From Eledone cirrhosa (Eukaryota), in contig OZ024742.1 of assembly GCA_964016885.1 (NCBI GenBank), positions 311,488,001 through 311,552,000 of the forward strand: a DNA stretch of 64,000 nucleotides, in the 5' to 3' direction. Below the pieces are notes generated by a model, which worked only from the letters and a program-made list of their open reading frames with translations, did no database searches and was not told the DNA's origin. Each line of letters starts with the position of its first letter. Within the stretch, counting starts at the first letter, position 1. The translations under genes were made by a program, and so were the position numbers. Shown piece by piece: positions 25,766 through 39,149 of this stretch.

Positions 25766-26083
25766 AGTCATCAGAAGAAGGAAGGTAAAAGCCAAACTCG
25801 CTATTTTCAATTTAATGTCCGTACCTACCTTTACTTATGGTCATGAATCTCGAGTAATGACCAAAAGAATACAATTGCAAATATGAGTAGCTGAAATGTC
25901 ATTCCTCTAAAGGGTCTCCACTATCTTTACTAGTGGACAAATTGTTGAAAATTTGCAGTAAATTAGAGACTTCCATTTTTAATGTTTTACTAATGCAGTT
26001 TCATGTTAAGAGTTAATAAGGTTCCCCACTTAAAATAAAAAAAAATTTGAAGCCATTTCTTGATTTTGTTTTATCTTTTACAG

Positions 26084-26152
26084 GATTTCAACCGGCATTT
26101 GGATACTCTCACTGAGCATTTTGATATCCCTAAAGTCAGCTGGACTAAATGA
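26084..26152 (+). CDS. FAM32A: FAM32A coding exon 4 (last)
   Basis: CAG|DFNRHLDTLTEHFDIPKVSWTK-stop, almost identical to the vertebrate FAM32A C-terminus. Confidence 0.95.
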   Translation, partial: DFNRHLDTLTEHFDIPKVSWTK

Positions 26153-26192
26153 AACATTACAAGTCATCTCATTTTCTTTGTACAAAACTTCT

Positions 26193-26198
26193 AATAAA
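26193..26198 (+). terminator. Candidate polyadenylation signal of FAM32A
   Basis: AATAAA 40 nt after the stop codon. Confidence 0.45.
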
Positions 26199-27627
26199 AT
26201 TCATGATTATTTTATATTTCTAATTGAGAAGAAAGAATAGAATGTAAAATAAGAAAATATTTTTAAAAAATGAAAAAGGAAGGGAAAGGCAAGGGCTCTA
26301 GTGTCACAGAAGGAAGCGGGAGGAGGTGATTGGGCTTTGGGCCTAGGGCCCCGTGGATAGGACCACAAAAGCATTCCTGCAGACAATGGACAGCGACACC
26401 TGCTGCAACAGCACCCCAACATCGCAGGGCTGCTTCCTCAGATTGTACTTAGTGCATTTTATCATGGCATCTGCACTACAACATTAGAGAATGTACTGGA
26501 TATATTTCATTGTAGCACCAGCACTAGAGTGTTGACATGTGCTTGATAAAACTGTTGAGTCTACTTTATGTTATCTGTCAGCCAGTCAAGGCTAAAAGGG
26601 ACCTTTACTTATAAGTTTTTGGTCCCTTACTACATTTACATTTACCATCGCTGCAACTACAATTTGTAATTCACAAGTAAGGATTTCCCAAATATTTTAG
26701 TGAAAGAGTTAGATTGTGTTAATGACATGACAAAAAGTGCCCAATCCATGCTGTAAGATGGTCGTGCTGGTGACATGATTAAAAAGCACCTAATCAACCT
26801 TGTCGGTTGTTTTGTTACCACAATAAAAGCACCTACCCCATACTGTAACGTGGTTGGTGTTAGGAAGGGCATCAAGTCATAGAAACCAAGTCAAAAGCAG
26901 ATCCATATGAGCATGATGTGGTCACCTGACCTGACTTGTCATGACATGACAACCCATCTAACCCATGCAAGTATGGAAAGTGGATGTTAAAAGATGATGA
27001 TGAGAGCACATTTACAGACTACAAGATAAGGCTATATCCAGCCAGAATTCTCTCACCTCTTTCTGTACAAACCGGTTGTAACTGGCAACTCATACTAATG
27101 TTAAGGTATTGTTCTCAAAATAAATAGTTTCAAAATCTCGTACATTCGATATTATGTTAGATAATTATATGAGGTAAAATCTTTATCATGAAAATGCAAT
27201 AGTAAATATAGAATAATGTGAATGCTAAAGAGTTAATGAAAAATTCTCCCATATTTGACAATAATATAGTCACAAACATTCTCTGCGAAAATGTTTGTGA
27301 ATATCAGATGTGAAATGATGATAATGATGATGACAATCTATATATAGATTTGAGTGACTTCTGTCCATCACACAGTGTATGTGTGTTAAAAGAAGGAAAG
27401 GGATGGTGAAAAAAATAGAGCCAAACAGTGGCTGGCGTTCCATTCTCTATTCTGTATGTGTGTGTGTAAATGTATGTATTTGTATGAATATATGTCTGAG
27501 TGTATTTTTGTAAGTGTGTCTGTGTTTGCACATTTAAATTTATATACTCATACATATAAATATATGCATATACACATTAGCGTCAGCATGTTGAAAAAAA
27601 TTCTAGTGATTAAAATTATCTGTAAAT

Positions 27628-28095
27628 GAAATTCCAGTAATAATCAGGAGCTGAGTGATTGCCGGTCCAGCAAAAATTAGGAATTCGGATTGGTGCTCTG
27701 AAATAGCGATGTATACATGAATGTATGTATAATATATTTGGCAATATACCGTATGTTAATTAAAAACATTTAGAAGACCATTCGCTATCGGTTTTAAAGT
27801 AGTGACTATGTCACATTTTTGGCGAAAGAAGGGAGAGAGGCTGACAGTCTGTTTCACGCTGGTTGGTGTTCATCAGAACCACGCACTCCCCTGCTTCCAC
27901 CGAAAATTATAGAAGCTGGATTCTTATAGAATTCCAGTAATAATCAGGAGCTGATTATACAGAGCGATTGCCAGTCCAGCAAAAATTAGGAATTAGGATT
28001 GGTGCTCTGAAATAGCGATGTATACATGAATATATGTATAGTTTATTTGGCAATATACCGTATGTTTAATTAAAAACATTTAGAAGACCCTTCGC
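27628..28095. repeat. Local direct duplication (~160 bp, copies at about 27628-27785 and 27929-28095)
   Basis: GAATTCCAGTAATAATCAGGAGCTGA...TTAAAAACATTTAGAAGACC present twice. Confidence 0.85.
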
Positions 28096-28459
28096 TTTGA
28101 CTGTTAGAAACAAAAGATTTCCCACAATAGAAGCATTTTTCCTATTGTGTATTTCTTTGTATGCGAAAAGTTCATGTTAGGAAGAAAATATTTTTCACAG
28201 TGATATTCAGGACTATATGTTCATGCTATTAAATATTTATTGTTAAAAAGAGTTGTGTTAGAAGTGTTCAATATAGTTTTTTTAGGAGATCTTCAATACT
28301 GAGAAATGACTGAGTATATGTTACAGGTTTGTCAGATGAAGTTCATAAAATTTAGCACAAAATACTTAAAAGTTAGCAGATTGTGTTAGAAATTAAGCCA
28401 AAATGGAATTTTTTTAAATACACACACATAGATGTCTATATATATATATATATACACAT

Positions 28460-30750
28460 ACAGTAAGTAGCAAGTGTCCACAGGATACTTGCTCCTTCAA
28501 ATGCCCAGATGGTACTATAGAAATAGTCAACACTTTCCGTTACCTGGGTGATGAAATCAGCAGTAGACGAGGGTGTTCCGAAAGTACAGTAGCCAGAGTA
28601 AGAATGGGATGGAGAAAGTTCAAAAAGCTACTGCTGCTACTAGCTACAAAAGGTTTTTCCTTTAAAATGAAGGGCAGACTATGATGTATGTATATGAACA
28701 GCAATGTTACATGGTAGCGAAACCTGGACACTATGCAGAGGACTTGTGAAGACTGGAAAGAAGTGAAGCATGCATGCTCCGATAGATGTGTAATAGTAAT
28801 ATAAATGAACTAAGAGGGATCAGATGCAGTATGCTATAGAGGAAATTGTGTTGGCATGGTCATGTTATGCAAATGAAGGACAGCTGTATAAAAAGGTGCA
28901 GGGCGATTGAAATTAATAGAAGCTATGGATTAGGAAGACCTGGGATGAGGTGATAAAAGCTAACTTTGCGCAACTGAACCTCTCAAAGACAATGACAGGA
29001 TCGAGATCTTTGGTGTTGTGCAGTAAAACAGAAGACCCACCTCCCTATGCGCACACACAAATATACATTTTGTAGACACCTCTTAACCACTATACTACCA
29101 CCCTCCCATCTATTCCTGTCCATACCACCCTTATGCTGTGGACAAAACATAACCAGCCCACTGTAAAGTGGTCATGTAGGTTTCGCGACAAAAACTACCC
29201 AGCCCACACTGAAGTGGTCATTTAGGTGTCATGACAAAAAACACCCAGCCCACACTGTAAAGTGGTCATGTAGGTGTCACGACAAAAAGCATCCAGCCCA
29301 CACTGTAAAGTGGTCATGTAGGTGTCACGACAAAAAACACCCAGCCCACACTGTAAAGTGGTCATGTAGGTGTCACGACAAAAAGCATCCAGCCCACACT
29401 GTAAAGTGGTCATGTAGGTGTCACGACAAAAAGCATCCAGCCCACACTGTAAAGTGGTCATGTAGGTGTCACGACAAAAAACACCCAGCCCACACTGTAA
29501 AGTGGTCATGTAGGTGTCACAACAAAAAACACCCAGCCCACACTGTAAAGTGGTCATGTAGGTGTCACGACAAAAAACACCCAGCCCACACTGTAAAGTG
29601 GTCATGTAGGTGTCACGACAAAAAGCATCCAGCCCACACTGTAAAGTGGTCATGTAGGTGTCACGACAAAAAACACCCAGCCCACACTGTAAAGTGGTCA
29701 TGTAGGTTTCGCGACAAAAACTACCCAGCCCACACTGAAGTGGTCATTTAGGTATCATGACAAAAAACACCCAGCCCACACTGTAAAGTGGTCATGTAGG
29801 TGTCACGACAAAAAGCATCCAGCCCACACTGTAAAGTGGTCATGTAGGTGTCACGACAAAAAGCATCCAGCCCACACTGTAAAGTGGTCATGTAGGTGTC
29901 ACGACAAAAAACACCCAGCCCACTGTAAAGTGGTCATGTAGGTGTCACGACAAAAAGCATCCAGCCCACACTGTAAAGTGGTCATGTAGGTGTCACGACA
30001 AAAAGCATCCAGCCCACACTGTAAAGTGGTCATGTAGGTGTCACGACAAAAAGCATCCAGCCCACACTGTAAAGTGGTCATGTAGGTGTCACGACAAAAA
30101 ACACCCAGCCCACACTGTAAAGTGGTCATGTAGGTGTCACGACAAAAAACACCCAGCCCACACTGTAAAGTGGTCATGTAGGTGTCACGACAAAAAACAC
30201 CCAGCCCACACTGTAAAGTGGTCATGTAGGTGTCACGACAAAAAACACCCAGCCCACACTGTAAAGTGGTCATGTAGGTGTCACGACAAAAAACACCCAG
30301 CCCACACTGTAAAGTGGTCATGTAGGTGTCACGACAAAAAGCATCCAGCCCACACTGTAAAGTGGTCATGTAGGTGTCACGACAAAAAACACCCAGCCCA
30401 CACTGTAAAGTGGTCATGTAGGTGTCACGACAAAAAGCATCCAGCCCACACTGTAAAGTGGTCATGTAGGTGTCACGACAAAAAACACCCAGCCCACACT
30501 GTAAAGTGGTCATGTAGGTGTCACGACAAAAAGCATCCAGCCCACACTGTAAAGTGGTCATGTAGGTGTCACGACAAAAAGCACTCGGCACACACTAAAT
30601 GTGGTTGGTGTTAGGAAGGGCATCCAACTATAGAAAACTAGCCAGGAACAGTTCTGTATGTGCAAGACACAATCACCTGACCCAATTTGCCTGAAATGGG
30701 ACAACCCGTCTAACTTATGCTAACATGCAAAATGGGCGTTAAACGATAAT
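28460..30750 (+). mobile_element. RTE LINE 3' portion with an expanded 3'-UTR tandem array
   Basis: IVNTFRYLGDEISSRRGCSESTVARVRMGWRKFKKL...WHGHVMQMK...WDEVIK, then the 48-bp array, then the GGTTGGTGTTAGGAAGGGCATCC tail. Confidence 0.8.
29152..30590 (+). repeat. 48-bp minisatellite, about 30 copies
   Basis: Unit CCAGCCCACACTGTAAAGTGGTCATGTAGGTGTCACGACAAAAAGCAT (two main variants); explains the 16-aa periodic ORFs. Confidence 0.95.
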
Positions 30751-31899
30751 TGTTTCTACTTTTGGCACAAGGCCAGCAATTACCCAGTGCATTACTGGTA
30801 CTTTATTTTATCGACTTCGTAAGGATGAAAGGCAAAGTTAACCTCGGTGGGATTTGAACTCAGAATGACAAGGGCTGTAACTCTATGCGTCAAAGCATGG
30901 CGTCTGACCCTCTACCGATACTGCCAATCCACAATGACGATGATATATGTGTGTGTGTATATAACTATGTATATGTATACACATACACCCATATATATAG
31001 AGAGAGATTATGAAAGTAACTGAATTTATTTTAGCAACTGCTGGCCATAGCTCAATGAGATAGTAAGCATGCAATTGATTGGTTACACGTTGCATTATAG
31101 AGCAGACACAAATAGTGAGTTTTATGGAAGTGTGTATAGCAAGGGCAATATATTTTAACATTTAACATTCATTTTAAAACGTCAGATGCTCAGGGGTTGG
31201 TAAAATGCCAGAGAGCATGACAGTTTTCCTGTTCCACAGGGGTAGGCTCTTCATCTGGGATACTATATGTTGTGACACCTTCCCTAGTGGTAACCTTGTG
31301 AGTTTGACGACTAGACCAGGATGAAGAAGTCAAACAGTCAAAGTATTGTCTGCTCTCTGATATGTTTGGGGTTGAGCCAGGAGCAGTGAAGACTCCCGGC
31401 ATTCTTGGTCTCTGGACCATATCCCTGCTTGTAAGGCGAGCCCCGAAATGTTGGAGTGACTGTTCCAGCGCGACTCCCTCGCCGTCCACCGGGGCAATAT
31501 CTTCTCCATTCTGTCGGCAGGGGTAAGGTGGCAGTCTTCAGTTGAAAGGGTTAATAATGCTGACACACTGACACTCAACTATATATAGTTCAGTTCACTA
31601 TTTCTGTGGTACATCAATTGCATTTACGATTCGAAGCAGTCATATCTTTTCTTTTGTGAGGTGAAGTAAAGCTATATATGATAAAGCGAGATTTTTTGTA
31701 TTTGCCGTGCTGGTCATTTCTTTCACAACAAATAGACTTCGTTTTAAAGTTACCTTTAATTAGCGAAAAAAAAATTACATGTTTAGGTGAAAATTCTGAT
31801 CTTTATTTGCAGGCAAGGGGACAGTTATATTTTCAGTCTTATAAGAATTTTATTGTTTTACAGAATGGAAATATAAACACCTATAATACAATTAATACT

Positions 31900-34800
31900 T
31901 CATAGTTGCACAAACAACATTACAAATCGTTTGCAATTCCTTCAGAATGAAAATATAGACAGAGCATATAAATAAATTTATAGTAGAATAACATAACAAA
32001 TATGTTTTAAATATATACATAAATAACATTACAAATGCCTCGGTAACACTACAAAGGATGATACAATGAAAGATATATTCCTTCAATGCTACAATATTAA
32101 AGAAAATGTAAAGGAAGGGGTGAACAACGGAGCCAACACCAGAGCAAAATACAGCAACGTTGCGAGTACTGGGCAACCTCTCTAATGATTCTTGAGGCAA
32201 GCCAGCACACTCGCAGCGTTGCCTCGGGTGATGGCAAGGCTGATGCGCTGAAACAGCCAAGCACTCTCGCAAGATTTGCCAGTCACCTTTATTAGGCGAA
32301 CCGCCAGTGAGGAAAGGAACCTCGCAGTCAGCGGCCCGACTCCCCCAAACGTCTCGAAAGCCACAGGCTGAAAAATGTAGCTGGCCAACAGATCAGAGTT
32401 TTTGAGGGTCTTACTCCGCTTGGCTGCAGAAGTTGTGGCTCTTGTCCTAACCGCAGCATCCAGGATGTGGGAAAGAGCAAAGGAGTCACTAACAGTGACG
32501 TCCCAGACAAGGCACCTGCCTCTCGACCAGGGGCACAGGGTAAGGCTCTCTTCAGAATGAGATTTAGCTCTGTGTGGCGCGCGAAGTGGCAAGAAAGACC
32601 ATGGAGGCCTGTAGAGTCGAGGAGTTTACAGCATCGGCACCTCAGACCCATGCAGACGTCGGCTCCCACTCTGAGGGCGATGGAGACACAAAGTTTATCC
32701 AGGCTGAGTAGGCCACCAATGTTGGCCACGTGTAGGGCATCGACCCAGTCGGCTGAGAAGTTGGCGCTGGCAGATAGTAAGCGGCACCTTGCAAACTGAT
32801 CTGACTGGACGAAGAGGGAGTCGAACTTATGCTGTCCCAAGCTCTCTGACTTCGACTGTCCTCCACCTTCTCAGGAAGAGACAAGCCCAACTCACTCCAT
32901 TGCTGGAGAGCTTCACCCAACTTCCTGTTGGAACTAGTCCATGTTGGAGAGGAGAGGATGCTGCTCACCAGGGTGGAGCAAGCGTGGGTGAAGGGAAGGT
33001 AGCAGGGGAGAGAGAGGGACGAACACTTACAGAGACCAAGACCCCCAAATCGCGGGACTCCGGAGAGAGTCTAACATTGACCAGACACTCGAGTCTCTCG
33101 AAGATTAGGTCGTCGAAGCGTTGGAAGCAGGACGGAAATCTGTGAGAGGGGCTGACCCTGAGCAGATACAGAAGCTTAGGAATAGACAGGTAGTTCCTGA
33201 GTAAGAAGAAACCTTGATGGGGTTCGATAACTTCAATATTCCTCAGCAGCTGCTCAAGGCCAAACATCTTCGATTGGAAGGTTGACTCGAAGGCCAGGTC
33301 TGTGATTGAGGCTCCTAAGGAACACCAAGCCGACGGGGGAGGGACTGCGATGGAAGGAAAGGACTCTGCGAACATGTCGATCAGCTGTTGGTGTTGAGAA
33401 GCCGGGTGGTTGAGGATCCAGAGCTCTGGAGACCCCGGCGGCCAAGCTCCTCCACCATCTTGTTGGCAGTGGCGAGAACCATATCCGGAGTTCCCCCCAA
33501 ACAGGCGTCGTCGAGGTACCAGACATTGAGGTCCAACTCAGCCTCCATCTTGGTGACGTCATCAATGCCCAGTGCAAACAGTGCGAGCCTGAGTGGGTCA
33601 CCCTGTTGGACTGAGGCAGAGGTGATGATCTGGTCACCGAAAGAGAGGTAGGAGGGCTCCCGATAAATCTGCTAAGAAAAGTGGTAGAGTTGTGGGATCC
33701 TCTCTCTTACTGAGCCGAGGACGATGTCGCGGCTGACGGAGTTGAAGGCATTCCTGAGGTCAAGTTTGAGGATGACCTTGGGGGACGAGGAGGGCAAGTT
33801 GGCAAATGCTCTGGTAGCGTGGACAGCAGCCTCACATCCCAACCTGGTACCCACCCCCAGCTGGATGAGGGAAAATTCCTCCGCCAGTGAGTCAGAGACC
33901 AACAGCAAACGCCTTTGCAGTGAGGTGGCGAGGAGTGCAGCCAACCGCAATGGGGCGCAGATCCCCGTTGGGCTTGGTGAGACCAAATAGCTTCGCACCG
34001 AAGAACAGTGGGCGGATAAATGGGAGAACGTTCACTGAAGAGAACTGATTCACAAACTGAGTCAGACTCTCCAAGAGCTCGAGTCCGGTGACACCGGCCG
34101 ATAAGGAGATACCATCCCTGAGGTGTTGAGGGCGAAGGCGGTCAATTCCCGCGCCTGACCCAGCGGGGAAGGATGAAATTGCCTTTCTGAAGATATCGGT
34201 GATGTAAACTGGTCTCCAGTATTCTGGTGGTTCGGACCAGTGTAGCTGATCATCTGGGGCTGCCAAAGGTTGCTTCTCTTTCAGACGCTCAAGAGAATCA
34301 GAGTTGCACGGAGCAAGGGAGGACAGAGAAGAGAGGAGACGGACAGCCCCTTTAATGTCAAATTCGTTGAATTTGGCATTGACTGCTCGCTTGAGGTCTA
34401 CCAGTTGTCTGTTGGTGGACACCTAGCTCGGTGTCGAACTGAGATGAGACGTGGTTGGGGTGGACTCAAACAGCTGGAATTGCCGCTTGAGAGAGGACGT
34501 GAGGGAACCCGAGTTCCCATTGTGCACGTGAAAAGAGATGAGAGGAAACAAAAACAATTTCTGCCATTCAGACCTATTGTTGGACGAGCAAACATTTTTC
34601 AGTAAATTAGAGAGGGCACGTGCAAAGCTATTCCGAGCTCCCTTAGGGATCCGGTTAACGAGCTTTGATTTGGAGAAGCCCTGGAGGGCTGTGGCAAAGT
34701 CGTCGGTAGAGAGTTGGTCATCAAAGCGTGGGGCATCCCCACGGAATACGTTGGAGCTGAAGTGGCACCGATTACAGGTCCAGTGTTGAAGCCTTTCGAC

Positions 34801-35390
34801 TTGAGCTTTGGTGATGCTGACACAGCTTCTGTGGTAGCTTGCGTGGCATAGGTGACATTTAATTGTCTTTAAGTACCGATTAGGGTAGGCACAGATAGCG
34901 CAATCAGGTGGTAGCCTGTTAACAGCCGGCAGTAGAGGGTCAGCGTTGAAATTCGGTGGAGGGAGTGAGTCAGTAAAGGACACAGAAGTGGTTCTAACGG
35001 TGGGACTAAAGCGGAGGTTGGGTGGTGTGGTTGGCCGGGTTGGATTCGTTCGGAATCTGCTGTGAAGGGGAGGAGAGGGTAGGTGGGGGAAAGTTAGCTC
35101 CTCTCGTGCGTGCCGCAGTTGGTGGAGAATGAGAGGTCGGAGGCTGACCATTTGTCACATAGTCGTTCTACCAAGCAGGTCTCTTGGTCGTTCGACGCAT
35201 ACCACCGCCACCAGGTTAAAGTGGTGGCAACTTTAGCAATCGGCAATCGCTGGTGATAGTTCGGTCGAAACATCGGCCGACCGACGGGTTGAACGAATAC
35301 CTAGGTGGGTTGTGCGCGAGGACGAAGTAAGGGGTGAGCAAGGGAGGGATAGAAAGTGGAGAAGGGATGAAAAGATTATGAGTGCGGTCA
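31900..35390 (-). mobile_element. Near-full-length decayed CRE-clade non-LTR retrotransposon (PHD finger - RT - CCHC knuckle - restriction-like endonuclease)
   Basis: In order on the minus strand: CAIC..CHLC...HRSC..WTCNRC; RIPKGAR; GAGIDRLRPQHL; LRPIAVG; QLGVGTRLGCEAAVH; KLDLRNAFNSVSR; QQGDP; WYLDD; CRCCKLLDSTGLHGLSC; PWSRGRCLVWDVTV; FQPVAFETFG; LFQRISLAITRGNA. Many frameshifts. Confidence 0.9.
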
Positions 35391-37382
35391 TGTGAGAGGC
35401 ATAAGATGTTTCTTATTCATACACACGCAAAAATGCCTCTTTATATCTCACCTCGTTATCTGTGTGCACAGGAACCATATTTTTCTGTCTCTTCCTCTCT
35501 ATCTATCACTCTCTTATACCTTCCCTCTCTTTATTCATTCTCCGCCTTTGTCTATCTTTCCCTCTTATTCTTTCTATAGTTTCCTTACATTCTCTCTTCT
35601 TTATTTCAGATCCTGTATACATCCTCTCTACTTACCTATTTCTGTGTCTTTCTATATATTTATACATGTACAAACATATCGTATATATTATCTTCTAAAG
35701 ATCAACTTTGTACTAAACAAACAACTTGTTAGTTAAAACACGGTGTCTAAAGGTTCACCAACCTCCATTAGATAGCTTATATTAACTCTACCGATTCGTG
35801 GCTTCGTGCTAGATTAATTATCTTATTTACAAATATCACATGATAGATTGAGAAATACTTATATATAAACAACAATCAAAATCAAATTGCTAAATCAGCT
35901 CGATCGTCACGTTCATATGACGTGCAAGAGAACTTATTATTAATTTTGGTAAGTTAGTCAATCTTTCATTATTTATATGTCTGTTAGAATATTTCTAGTG
36001 TCCATTACATGTACATACGTAGACCGAGTCCATAACAAAACCTCCACCCGACAAAATCCTCACTCCTACAGGACAAAAACCTTTACATAATAAAAAATAA
36101 AACAGAATTTGAATACGGTCGGAAGCTAAAGAGCTATTTCTGTTTTTCACATAAATTTCATTTAATAGTTTAATTCTGAGTGTATTGTTTAATGTTAATT
36201 ACTTTGTGATTTACAGTATCCATTTTAATTTTTAATTTTTAAATATATACTTAAATAACATTACAAATATAATAATTGTACAGTTAAAAAAAAAAAAACA
36301 TTTCTCCAAATACCTTTATTTCATAATGGAAATTATACGCAGCAATAATGGTGGGTAGAGTAGGGGAAAAACTATGTTGTGGGTTATATATAATAAGTTG
36401 ACGAGACTAGCATGGGCTTCACTGCTAGTACCGGTTGCTTATATATATATATATGCAGTACTAAAAAAGCGGGAGGAGGCTTTAAAGAAAAATATATACA
36501 TTTTGTTTTTTACTGTGGTGGGTCTTTTTGTTCGTATTTCGCGTAGCCCAGAGTATTTTTTTTATTTATGAATATTCTCTACGAATATAGTTTTATCATA
36601 CGATAATTGTTTATGAGTGTTTGTGTTCCTAGTGTTTTGTTTAGCCTTATCACGACTTTGAACATACAGGTTTATATTCAAAAGTGTTCTAGTCTAGACT
36701 ATCCCGTCTATTTTATTTCTCAAATCCTTGTATATCTAAGACTATATTATTCTATAAGATTAGAGGGAAAAGGCAGTTGAGGTGGAATGTAAAAATCTGA
36801 TATGACTTTTCTAAATTACCGAAACGAATTAGTAAAAATGTTACATCTAAATAGATAAATCATGCATTTCCTTCTAATTTAAAATTTTGCTTATTTTTAG
36901 CAAGAAAGTGATCGTACTTGATGTTATAGTTCGCATTAAAAAAAATTCATTTCATCAAATAAATCTCATAAACATCAACTAAGTGTGTTAGTTTTTCTTA
37001 TGCCTTGTCTCTATTTATATAAAATAATACTGTATATAGAGTAAGGGCGAAATATATATGGGTCTTAACTATAGAGAATTAACAAAGAAAGGACAAGTTT
37101 AATAACCCCACTCAATTTTGTTTCTTAACTTTCTTAATGCATATTGTAAGACGGAGATTTTACATGGGTACATTGTTTTTATTTATGTGAAATAATTGGA
37201 GTGAAGACAAAATATGTTACAGTTTAGTAACCCTCTCTATTTTATTTAACGGACACTTGTTAAGGAAACTTTGAAGAGATACTTTTTAGATGTAGATTAC
37301 ATTTATGTTGAAATTAATTTTTTTGTATGTTGCAAATCATAACTGTAGAAATGCGTTTCTGTATAAAGTCTATGATACTACC

Positions 37383-37538
37383 CAGTGCCGGACTTAGGAT
37401 AAACGAAGCTCTGTGCTAGTTAAATTACGAGGCCGTAAACATTTGAAAAATTCATCGTAAAGAGGTTTAGGGGCAGGAAGATGGCACCCGCTGGCCAACG
37501 GGGCTCTGTGCTTAAGCACAGTGGTAAATCCTACACTG
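37383..37538. mobile_element. hAT-like MITE
   Basis: CAGTG...CACTG termini with perfect 8-bp TSD ATACTACC (37375-37382, 37539-37546). Confidence 0.85.
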
Positions 37539-38378
37539 ATACTACCCTGATTGATACTCATCAATATGAAATTGGAAGGCAGGAGTTAACGTTTTACTCA
37601 CAACAAACACAGATCGAAAATATCCAGTAAACGAAACCATTAACGATTAGAAGTATCAATAATGAAAATCTGAAAAATTAATTTCATCAACACAATCCGT
37701 AAATTTATAGCTAAAACAATCTATATAATAGTAATTATTGTATCTTTGTCTGTCAGTCACACAAACTCTACACTGGAAATCGTTCTAAAATCTTTATTTA
37801 GAATATATGAATTACAATATTTGTTCACACTTCGGAGTCCAAGACAACTATAACTTCGTTATTGATAGAGGATCTTTAGCTGTCGGTCTGGAGGTGACTC
37901 GTGAGGCAAATCCAGGCCTGGAAACTATGCCCACATGTGGGCACATATTAACTGCTACAGTGGTAATGGATGTGGATCATGCTTTGCCCGAGGAGTGCTT
38001 TCTCTGAGCCTCCGCAACGTGTCGGGTTTCTGCTGTACATGCTCTCTAAAAGATTTTGCTTTGCCTGGTTGGGTGGTCCAGGTCAAGTGATTTCAGCTAC
38101 TGGGATTGAATTTGAGGATTTTTGAGGGAGATTTTTAAATTGTCTTTGAAACATTTATTCTGCCCACTGACAAGCCAAAACAAAGCATACTAGCAGAACC
38201 TAGTCACCTGACTAGTATGGCCACAGCGTGTGACAGCCATCTAACTCAAGCAAACATTGGAAATTAGACGTTAAACAGTGATGATGATGATGTATATACA
38301 TAAATACAGGCAAACATTTTATATGGATTTGGTTTATGGAGGTTGTACTCTAGTTCAAATTTTCACTGCTGTGCCACC

Positions 38379-38571
38379 CAGTGCCAGATTTAGGACAAAT
38401 GAGGCCCTGTACTAGTTAAGTTATGAGGTGCCCGTTATTTGGGCCCTGAATTTGAAAAAATTCATCATAAAAAATTTGTTTGGCAGGAAGATGCCCCCTC
38501 ACCCCCCACCGCACTATCCTGGCCAACGGGGCCCTTGTGCACATCTAAGCATAATGGTAAATCCAGCACTG
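38379..38571. mobile_element. hAT-like MITE, same family
   Basis: CAGTGCCAGATTTA...TAAATCCAGCACTG; TSD GTGCCACC/GTGCCATC (7 of 8). Confidence 0.85.
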
Positions 38572-38769
38572 GTGCCATCAGTACAATTTTGGTCAATCAA
38601 CACAAAACATTTTTAAACATGATCTTTCAGTTTTTTCTACATGCCATTCTATGTGGAAAATTGTAGTTTAGACCTCTGTTATTTGAACACAACAGGTGTA
38701 GAGTATTTACTATCAAAAGTTATTCTTTTAATAAATCCTTGAAATCTTGAAGTTTCAAATCATGTTTAA

Positions 38770-38986
38770 CCCTTTAGCATTTACATTACTCTATATTTAC
38801 TATTATATTTCCACAGTAAAGGCTTTACCTCACATAATTATCTCATAATATCGAATCTGTAAGATTTTGATATTTATTTTGAGAACAATACCTTAACATC
38901 AGTATGACTGGCTGGTTAAAGCTGGTTTGAACAGAAAGAAGGGGAGAGAATTCTGGCCAGATACAGTTGGTTTAAATGCTAAAGGG
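38770..38986. mobile_element. piggyBac-like MITE (related copies near 24770-24990, 27040-27236, 39836-39950, 48500-48708)
   Basis: TTAA|CCCTTTAGCATTTA...TAAATGCTAAAGGG|TTAA. Confidence 0.85.
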
Positions 38987-39149
38987 TTAAACCTTTGTTT
39001 TTTTGTTTTTTTTTCTGTTTTCAAAAATAGACTACTAAGGATGACTATCGGGTGGTGGGAGTTAATCATGGGACTGCAGGATCATGAGATGAAGTGGTGC
39101 GAGGGAATTAGGTGTGGGACTGGAGGACCTCTGAATACAATAGGTGTGT

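Noticed and set aside
25641-25886. His-rich protein ORF
   Set aside because: Translation of a (CAC/CAT)n microsatellite in a FAM32A intron.
29152-30590. CRISPR-like regular array or 16-aa repeat protein
   Set aside because: Head-to-tail units with no unique spacers, no cas genes, eukaryotic context, and located inside an RTE 3' UTR.
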